Shown: piece by piece, positions 34,528 through 43,125 of the stretch | How positions within the stretch are numbered: the first letter of the stretch is position 1 | How the letters are laid out: each line of letters starts with the position of its first letter | Assembly: GCA_943704425.1 (NCBI GenBank) | Contig: CALSCP010000491.1 | Coordinates: 1-43,125 of the forward strand | Reading direction: 5' to 3' | Source of the DNA: Ministeria vibrans ATCC 50519 | Lineage: Eukaryota > Protista > Filasterea | DNA length: 43,125 nucleotides | Notes under the pieces: model-generated | What the model saw: the letters and a program-made list of their open reading frames with translations, nothing else | Told to the model about the DNA's origin: nothing | Database searches by the model: none | Position numbers and translations under genes: made by a program

Positions 34528-36405
34528 TTTCTTTTTCTGTTCGATCATTCTCTTTAATGTATATTATATATAGGGGACCCATTGCATTCATTCCATTTGT
34601 CTTCCTCCCAATGATTCTTCTCTCGCGTGGCCCCAAGGGACTGCGCTGGACTGTTCTTGGCGGCGCAGTCCTTACTGCCCTTGGCACTCTCATCCGTCTT
34701 GTTCCATCCATTGTGGGCGAGTCTCTTTTGAGTAACCCTAATTCTGGTAAAATCAACGTATTACTATTAAGAACACCACCATTAAAATCTGCTTTGTGTT
34801 TGTGTTTAGTGTACTTTCTTCATGTTGGACAGGTAATCAAACGCGCAATTTTCACAGTCTTGATCATTCATAATTATTTTATTATGTTTGTTTAGTTCCT
34901 AAACGGAGTGAGTGGCCCCTTTTGGATGTCATCACCCTCCACCGTCTCGTCTGTGTGGTTTGCACCGGGCGAGCGTACTCTATCGACAAGCATTGCTCAG
35001 CTGGCCAATGGCGCCGGTGCCTGTCTGGGGTTTCTCTTTGCACTCCCTATCACAACAGTGTCTCACATTGCCGCGCTGTTGTACGCTGAAGCGGCTCTCG
35101 CCGTACTTGTTGCCATTTGTGTCATTGCGTACTTTCCCGTGCAGCCACATGTGCCTCCGTCGCTTTCCGCCCACCAGCGCATCGAGAGTGCCCGCACTCC
35201 CTTCAGTGTTCTCCAGTACCTCAAAGACATGTTTGCCACCCTTAAGAACCCGCACTTTGTACTGCTTGCCCTGTCCGGTGGGCTTCAGGGCGGCTTTTTC
35301 AACGGTTGGAATGCCTCGTTGGCTCTCATTCTTGAAAATCGCTTTAGTGCCTCGCAGAATCAGTGGTTGGGCTTTGCTTCAGGTGTTGCGACGTAGGAAA
35401 ATGTTTATTTTTATCGATTGTTGTTTTAACGTTATCTCCATGTCCCATAGAATGATTGGTTCCTTCCTGATGGGCTACATTGCCGATCGGTTCCTCTCTC
35501 GTCGCTTTAAAAGTGCCATTATGTTTCTGTTAATCAGTGCGTTGGCTCTCTTTGCCGTCTTTAACATTATGGTTCCCGTCGCTTGGTTGCACAATCATGA
35601 AATTGGTAACAATCCGTATCCGCATTTTGTTTTTAACCGACACGTTTTTACATCGCATAACAAAAAATATGTAACTGTATCTATTTGGTGATGACCATTG
35701 TGCTTTTTTCGAGTGTTTCTTTTTGTTTTTGTGTCAATTGTAACGTATTAATGCGCTTTTAAGATGAACACTCATTGAATGCCTTTCGCATAGTCATCAC
35801 ATCCAATTACGCTTCCAATGTGGCGATTATTGCAATTGGGAGTGCTGTCTTGGGAGCGTCGAATCCACTGTTTTATGAACTGGCAGCGGAGACGCTGCAT
35901 CCGGCGCCCGAGTCTGTCAGTGCAGGAGTCATTGCAGAGGTAAGCATAGGAGCGGAGAGTAGTATTTTCGAGGGAATGGTGTGTGTGTGTGTGTGTATGT
36001 GTGTGTGTGTGTTGTGATTGATGTGTAATGGATATGTGAGCTGATGGTGTATGTGTCGTGCATGACGTGTGAGCACTGATTGAAATGGAAGAATGTTGAA
36101 TGGATTGGTGCGCTACGGCTGATGCTCTCTATAAAGCAACATAGACCAAAACACTCATCCTTTCTTTGCAGATTAACAACATTGGCTGTCTCATCCTCTT
36201 GTTTGTGCTTGCCAAAGTCGACCCTGGATGGGACACGTCGGTGCTCGTTATTGCGCTCATTGTGTGTGTGTTGCTCATGGTGTTTGCCCGGCCCAGCTAT
36301 AGCCGCAGTGATGACGATGAGGGCAAGGGCGAGGGCGACACCCTCCGTGATGATGATTTGGACGACCGCCGTCATCTTCTCGTGACCTCCAAGTCTGTAC
36401 AGTAA
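33571..36405 (+). CDS. MFS transporter of the SLC49/FLVCR family, DIRC2/SLC49A4-like, multi-exon
   Basis: EHSPLL...RWYILAVYSLAAFCQ|GTVWLTFS...LLLNW|GPIAFIP, HVGQ|FLNG, SSVWFAPGERTLSTSIA, PPSLSA, GYIADR and PLFYELAAETLHPAPE match DIRC2 motifs. Confidence 0.88.
34357..34430. other. Assembly gap flanked by duplicated sequence
   Basis: N run; 34282-34356 is repeated at about 34522-34596. Confidence 0.95.
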
Positions 36406-36622
36406 TACAACGTAGCAAGAGAAACAATCTCGCGTATGTATACTTGAGACTGTGAGTGATATGAATTATCAAGAAAATACTTACAGTCTTACTGATATGC
36501 ACATCAATTTTCACTTCATCTCACGTTTGGCTTGGAACTGCTAATATAATTAATGATTTCTTGCTTTTCCCTTTCTTGCTTGCTCTGGCATGCGACACGA
36601 AATATTAAATAAAACTAAAAAT

Positions 36623-39133
36623 TTACATTTGATTGCCTCTCAATTCACATTCAAAGGGATTCGCGGTGCCATCGCTGAAACGCTCGTCAAGCCCCAACAG
36701 CATCGCATCAAGACTACTCTCGTCGGTCTCACCAACAAACCCGTCGGAAGCGGTGCGCACCAGAGCCGCCGCCGACTCGCGCAGACGGTACTTGAGCTGC
36801 TCATTCTCTTGGCTCATGCGCGAGAAATTTTGCGTGCGACTCTCAAGCGCATCGCGAATGGCCTGCTCGCGTTCCTTGGCGCGCATCTCAGTCTCCTTGT
36901 AGACGCGCACAAGCTCCTCGAGCTCTTCGACGCGCGTCGCAAGTTTTCCTGCGCTCTTCTCCAGCTCGATAGCACGCTCGCCCCGCAGTCGCAAGGCGTT
37001 GTTTTCGGTACGCAACGTGCGCACCTCGTCGCTCTTCATCTCAACCACCACTTGCAGGCCTTCGAGTTCGCCACGGAGACTCTCGCCACGACTCAACGTC
37101 TCTATCTGGGACTTTTGGCGAGCACACAGTGCGTCGAGGTCGCGCCGTCGGCTCTCGCTGCGCTCCAAGCTCCCCTCGAGATCGCGCTGGAGCGTCTCAA
37201 AGGCGTCACGTTCGCTCTCGAGTTGTGCTTCGAGCTCCTCACGCGCCTCATTTTGGGCAAGCGTGTGCAGTTCAGCGTCGGCGCGCTCCTGTGCGTGCTG
37301 CTCCAGCTGAGCACGCAATTGGCTCTCGTGGTGAGTGCGTTCCTGTTTGAGTTGTGAGGCATGACGCTCTTCCATGGCGCGCTTTTCTGCCTCCCAGCGG
37401 TCCATGGTTGCGTTGAGGCCGTCGGCGACGCGTGTGAGTTCTTGTTGGTAGGTGGCTTGGACTTGCTGTAATTCCTTCTGATGCGCTGCGAGGACGTCTT
37501 GTAACTCTTTCTGGTGAGCAGCGAGGGCTTGCTGTAGGGCAATTTGGTGCGCCGCATCGGCTGCGGCCTTGACCTGCTCCAGTTCAGTCTGGTGGGCGGC
37601 AATGAGGCGTTGTGACTCCGTCTGGTGAGCGGCAATGAGGCGCTGTGACTCCGTCTGGTGCGCTGCATCCATTTCAGCCTTGACACGCTCCAGCTCAGTC
37701 TGGTGCGTAGCGAGAGTGTGTTGCAACTCCTTTTGGTGCGCCTCGCCCTTGACCCGTTGTAATTCGTCTGCTTCGGCCTTGACACGCTCCAGCTCAGTCT
37801 GGTGCGCAGCGACAGTGTGTTGCAACTGCTCCTTTTGGTGCTCCGCGTCTACATCAGTCTTGACGCGTTGTAATTCGTCTGTATCAGCCTTGACATTCAG
37901 AGTGTCACTCTCCGACGGATACGCCGCATTGTCTTCCTTGTCCTTCTCAGTAGCAGGCTTGATCTGTGTGGTGTCACAATCTGTCTCAGTATCCAACGCG
38001 TCTCGTTGCGCCGATGGACCGTGCGCTTTGTCTGCAACAGAGATCGACGTCGCATTGGAAGGAGGGGAGTGACGCTCACGGGATGACGAGGGTAGTGAAG
38101 CGGGTGCGGCAAGAGAGCGTCGAGTTGTTGGTACGGCGGATGTGGTGACTGTGGGCTTGCACTGTGAAGGAGTGGTTCTGGTCCTCATGGGGTGACGAGT
38201 CGACAGTGATGCGGATGGTGCGGTTTTGGAGGGTGACGTCCTGAGAGGTGTTTTGCGGGATGTAGAAGCAGGAGAGGAGGCGGGCGTGTGAGTTGGTTGT
38301 GTCTTGGTTGTCATTTTTGGTGATTTAGTGGGTGAAAGGGAGGAATCGTTGGGGACGGTTGAGTTTGTGGTGGACGTTGCGGCGGCTGCAGCAGTTGATG
38401 AAGCTGTGGTGGCAGCTGTTGGTGATGTAGCAGATGAGGATGCTTTTGTGGGCAGGGTTGCGGGTGTGGAAGAGCGCTGACGGGCGGGCGATTTGCCAGC
38501 GACGGTAGGAGAAGAAGCAGACAGTGTCGCTGGACGTGATGAGGAGGTTTTAGCAGAAGCGGCAGGGCGTTTGTGGGTGGGTGTTGAGGCTCCCGGTGAG
38601 AGACGAGCCCGCAAGGGTGTTGTGGGGCGCTTGGTGGATGGTCCTGAAGCAGTTGAGGAATCGGCGGCAGCACCCGATGCGGAAGAGGGCGTGGTGGGGC
38701 GCTTGTTTGGCGTGGAGGGGCGAGACGGAGAAGCGGTGGACGTCGCGGCAGCCATACTACTCGCCTTGGCTCGCTGCAATGCTGCCGACGGCGGGGTTCG
38801 ACCGGGAACCACTGCTGCCGTTCGCTTGGCTGGGCTCGCCGTGGACGGCGCCGTGTGAGCGACGCGCGAGACAAGAGACGATTTGACAAAAATTCCGTGG
38901 TTGGAATCGCAAGAGAAATACGATCGGCCAGAGACCGAACCGTCGTTCTTGCCAGAGGAATCGCTCAGCTCGATGCCACACCAGGTGCCCGTGGCGAACT
39001 CCACAGGACCCACAAAGCGCAGGAGGCCAGTGCGGCCGCCAGTGAGGACCTACAAAACACCACTGTTATGCTGCGGCTGCGATGCACGGTGGAAGCGCAC
39101 CGTTTGATTGAGCCACGAACGGTTGGCGGACAT
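36623..39133 (-). CDS. CAP-Gly domain protein with S/T/P-rich linker and MTUS/CCDC69-like C-terminal coiled coil (about 819 aa; exons 39133-39101 and 39049-36623)
   Basis: GRTGLLRFVGPVEFATGTWCGIELSDSSGKNDGSVSGRSYFSCDSNHGIFVK is a CAP-Gly domain with GKNDG. The C-terminus reads ELEGLQVVVEMKSDEV...RMSQENEQLKYRL. Confidence 0.85.
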
Positions 39134-39603
39134 TGCGAGAAAATTGATGATTGAATGATAGATATGAATATAGTTTGGTTATCAACTTTGAAAAAGAAGT
39201 CTCATCATATGACCCCGACCCGAGCACTCAGCACAGTCTACTAACTCTCAAGTAGTCTGTAGACTGTAGTCCAACTATAGTTATGGTCAGTCTTCGTCAG
39301 CACACCTAGCCTTTAAAACACTTCTCCAAAACGTCGATCCACCAGTCATAGTCATGACTAAATGAGCCCACAGGTGATCCGACACATCGTTAAAAGGTCC
39401 TCTCTCGGAATCAGACTTAATCAAGTATTAAGAGATTAGAGAGTTCTTAAGTTCTCGAAAGTAGCTCGAGTAGAAGTAAATTAAATGAAAAAAAAAATTA
39501 GTATCAATATTAATTATTATAATAATAATAATCATTACTTTCATTAGACAATTACGAAAAAAAAAAAAGAAAAAAAAAGAGAGAGGGAAATGAAACACGA
39601 ACC

Positions 39604-39620
39604 AAAAAAAAACAAAAAAA
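39604..39620 (-). terminator. Pol III T-run terminator of the permuted tRNA-Arg
   Basis: The minus strand reads TTTTTTTGTTTTTTTTT, starting 11 nt after the 5' half. Confidence 0.75.
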
Positions 39621-39631
39621 GAAGCAGGTAA

Positions 39632-39710
39632 CCGTAGGCAGGCGCCTTATCCAATTGGGCCATCCGACCGTAGAAGGTCGAACAGGGACTCGAACCCTGA
39701 ATCTCCTGCT
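39632..39710 (-). tRNA. Circularly permuted tRNA-Arg(ACG): 3' half 39710-39675, spacer TCTAC 39674-39670, 5' half 39669-39632
   Basis: Minus strand: AGCAGGAGATTCAGGGTTCGAGTCCCTGTTCGACCT-tctac-GGTCGGATGGCCCAATTGGATAAGGCGCCTGCCTACGG. Reordered, it folds as a full cloverleaf: acceptor GGTCGGA/TTCGACC, anticodon arm CCTGC-CT-ACG-G^A-GCAGG, T arm CAGGG-TTCGAGT-CCCTG. Confidence 0.9.
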
Positions 39711-40231
39711 GTCTGTTCGCCATTTGCTTCTGAAACTTTTTTGTCATAATGCGCATCTTAATATAATTTTCATTTTATTTAATAACAATATCCACTCTGA
39801 CGCTCCTACCTTCCCTATGTCTATTCTTGCAACTCTATTAAGCACAAAATGTTGTACAGTGTTGGAAAACGAGCGTTTTGTGAGAAATCAAAATTGCCAA
39901 ATTTTAAGAAAAACGACCTTGATGCGGCATCGACTGTCCATTCCATGGAAGGTGTTTTTGCATACTATATCATTACTGCATGGAGCATGAGCGACGAGAG
40001 CGCGCGCATTTTTGATTGATACGGCGAAAGATCAGTGTTGTTTCAGTTTGCTTCTCACATATCACATGTCATTCGATGCAAGGAGGAATGACTTTATTGA
40101 CTCGACTCACTTGACAGTTTAGAAAACACGAGAGAATAGCGTTGACCTGGAGCATTATTCCGAAATCGATTAATGTCAGTTTCAAATCAATCAATGCATA
40201 ATAATTATTTTTATTTTCAGTTCATGGGTAT

Positions 40232-40434
40232 TCAAATCGTGCCATGTTTTCCCATCTAGAGAGCAAACGTCAAATATGTTAGAAAAAGACGCTTTAAGAA
40301 TATATGGAGTGACTGAGAGAGTGAGACGCACGTTTGAGTAGTTTGTGAGACGGTGTAGTGTGAGTGTATTTGAGTTGTATTTTGAGTGAGTGTCTTTCCG
40401 TGAGAGAAAGAACGATTTTTCAATTTGACTAAAT

Positions 40435-40483
<49 letters not shown>

Positions 40484-42002
40484 TTACCGTTCTAGCAAAG
40501 AGAGCAGCAGCAGCCAAGCGTGCAGTCACATCCACCCTCTCCATCTCATGGCCCTGTTCCACCGTACCCCATCGCGCCTGTTGGTGTGAGCTCTCCAATA
40601 GTGCGCTCTCGCTCAGTGTGCAACTGCTAATGGGTCCATTGTCAACACATAGTGCGACAGACCCAATGATTGACTTGGAAGTCAGAGTCGCAAACTCGAG
40701 TCCTATTCACAGGCGTATTATTACTAGTGTATGAGCGAGTGGACAAAGAGTTGGGTCGACACAGATTGATACAAATGAAATAGTGTGAAGATAAAAAGAC
40801 GCAAATCTGACTAAAGCTGATGGGAACTGATTGAGTCTCAAAACAAAACCCCATATCAAACAGACAGAAATTCGTTTTAACCCGATTGAAACGGTTGCTG
40901 ACGAACCGATTAAACTCATTTATCCTAAAACAGAGACACCCCCAACACAACGTTTCGTACCGACCAGAAAATTTTCATCCGACTCATTTAAGAAGGACTC
41001 CAAACGCAACGCGGTCTGTGGGTCTTGCGAAAACAGAAAATTCTTTCCACTCGTCACTTTCACGGGCACTTTGAACGTTTCCGCAAACCTATTCAAAAAA
41101 TATTAAACCCGACGCGTTCTTTCTTTCTTTTTGTGTACCAATTTACGATTGGATCCCAATGTTCTTTCTGTTGCTTCAGCAGCTCTTCGTTGTCTGGTGA
41201 TCTCCAACTAAAAAATGAAAAGAAAAGATAAATGAATTGAAATAATTATAAAGGTATTATAACGGTACACACCAAATCGATACAAAAAAGAAGAGCACAA
41301 AATGTCTCCAACAATCAAACAAAACAATCATGATAATAATAATAATTATGTTCACTATTAGTATTATTGTTACCATACGACATCCGTTTCGAGAAATCGC
41401 ATCATTTGTGCAATTCGCTCCTTTCGCGGAATATTATTCTCAATGTCAATCGCTGTAAAGGTGAGTCCGCTCTACAGACACACCAGATTGTTTAGACGTT
41501 GCCCCTCCCTGCGGCCGTTCAATGGCGTACCAAGTGCATTGTGTGCGACTGAATCTCTGTACGCTGCGCATCAAACTCGCGTGCAATCCCATACGCCATT
41601 GCCTACGCCACCTGTCAGGCCATGCGCCATGCCAGCAGCAGCATCACCCCCTGACTTACCTCATGCGGCACCCTCACAATCGTCTTCTTCGCTGGTGTGC
41701 GCAGTGTGCGATGGTCAAGGCGAATCTGAAATTGATCGCCATCTGTCCTCAATTTTCACAGACCGAGAGAACCCCTTTTCAGTGCACGCTTGCACACTCT
41801 TCTCACGTGCACACTCCTCACCATCTTCTTTCACCACTGTCACTTCCTTGTAGAATCGCTTGATCACTTGGCGATCAGGGACGTTTCCACTCGCTGCCGT
41901 CTCCGTCGACATGGCGGCGACATTCCGAGCAACCGATCGCGACAGCCATCCGCCAGCTGCAGTGCCGCGGTTCAAGCGAAGGATTGATGACCGCAGGAAC
42001 AT
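40232..42002 (-). CDS. ATP12: Mitochondrial F1-ATPase assembly factor ATP12/ATPAF2, multi-exon
   Basis: An Arg-rich presequence is followed by IKRFYKEVTV, later WRSPDNEELLKQQKEHWDPIVNW and ESSHQQARWGTVEQGHEMERVDVTARLAAAALF. The last exon and stop position are tentative. Confidence 0.88.
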
Positions 42003-42459
42003 TATTAATGTGAAATTGAATAAAAACATACTCAAACCCACTTTCACACACTTTATAAGCTACAAGTAACATGAACGTCAACTGCCAAGAGACCGAGGGA
42101 TGTCAGAGATCAAATACAGGCTGTCTGATGGCCAGACAACTAACGCGATATATGGATGGAAACCTACAGCGCCAAAATCACTCAGATACATCGTGTTATA
42201 TATAATTATATAATTATATTGCTGGAAAGTTAATACAGCAAAAACACTCAGATACATCTTCTCTCTCTCTATACGTCTCTCTCCTCACTCCTTTACCTTA
42301 GTATGGTGGAAGCTTTTTGTTGCTCTTTATTGTATTAATTCTTCTCATTAGTACACTGCACTGAACTCAACTTTTCACTTTATTTCTTACTCATTAAACT
42401 TGAATCGAACACTCGACAGCTGTACGACTCATTTGCCATTTGCAACCGACCCCACCCGA

Positions 42460-42531
<72 letters not shown>

Positions 42532-42560
42532 CTCTCCCTCATAATCTCTCAGAGATTCCG

Positions 42561-43125
42561 ATGTTCCTGCTGTCGCGCTTCACCTGGGTCGGCTTTGATC
42601 TTGATCACACGCTCATCCGCTACCGCATGCCCCAGCTCTGTAACCTCATCTACCACGGTCTCTGTGAGTATCTTTTGGAGCATTGCCACGGCCTCTACGA
42701 CCATGCGGGTCTCGATCGTCCCTTTGAGCCCAAGTTTTGTCTCAAGGTTGCAAATGGCGATGCAAAACCACTCTCTGACCTTTTCCTCTTTCCCTCCTCT
42801 CTCTCTCTGTCTCTCTCTCTTTCTCCCTCCCTCTCGCTCTTCCGCAGGGTCTTGTGTTTGACCGACGGTACGGCACCTTCTTCAAAATCAGCGAGCATGG
42901 GCACATTGGGCCGCTGGTGACGCACGGCACAACTCCCCTGTCTGCCGCCCAGCGCAACTCCATCTATCCGCCCGACTGCGTTTTTGACGAATGGGACGCT
43001 CTGCGCAACTTTGAACGATCCTCGCGTTTCTTCTACTTCACCACTCACTTTGACCGACCGGCCGCTCTCATCTGTGCGCGCGTTGTCGATTCCCTCACCT
43101 CCTTCACTCAAGGTACTTGCGCAAT
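42561..43125 (+). CDS. NT5DC1: 5'-nucleotidase domain protein (HAD, cN-II family), NT5DC1-like, 3' partial
   Basis: VGFDLDHTLIRY...LIY...FCLK|GLVFDRRYGTFFK...HGT...FTTHFDRPAALICARVVD matches NT5DC1 (VGFDLDHTLCRY, FCCKGL, YFDLPGALLCARVVD). Confidence 0.88.

Noticed and set aside
34282-34596. Apparent duplicated exon start (GPIAFIP) in the MFS gene
   Set aside because: Identical copies flank an N gap next to a (CT)n tract, which is a typical scaffolding overlap artefact.
39235-39265. Inverted repeat AGTCTAC...GTAGACT as a possible MITE end
   Set aside because: Only 7 bp, with no target-site duplication and no second copy in the window.
39544-39990. Short ORFs overlapping the permuted tRNA
   Set aside because: They have no coding features, and the region is explained by the tRNA and AT-rich flanks.

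Overview
Compact, intron-rich eukaryotic nuclear DNA with short GT-AG introns, a standard genetic code, CT/CA microsatellites and three N gaps. It holds about 20 protein-coding genes: RanBP2/Nup358-like (5' partial), MDM34, GAS8/DRC4, a TauE/SafE transporter, C8orf76-like, a CRAL-TRIO protein, ZDHHC6, a Chs5-N-domain acidic protein, GLTP, an orphan, an EAR/EPTP-repeat secreted protein, CFAP44, CEP104, CBP4/UQCC3-like, QPCT, SLC49A4/DIRC2-like, a CAP-Gly/MTUS-like coiled-coil protein, ATP12/ATPAF2 and NT5DC1-like (3' partial). There is also a tandem tRNA-Gln array. The gene mix suggests a flagellated unicellular opisthokont, probably a holozoan (inference). The standout is a circularly permuted tRNA-Arg(ACG) gene on the minus strand at 39632-39710. 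Its 3' half lies upstream of its 5' half with a 5-nt spacer, the break is at the canonical 37/38 intron site, leader and trailer are complementary, and a Pol III T-run follows. I know this arrangement only from certain algae, a nucleomorph and an archaeon. All homology calls come from motif recognition by eye, not from database searches.
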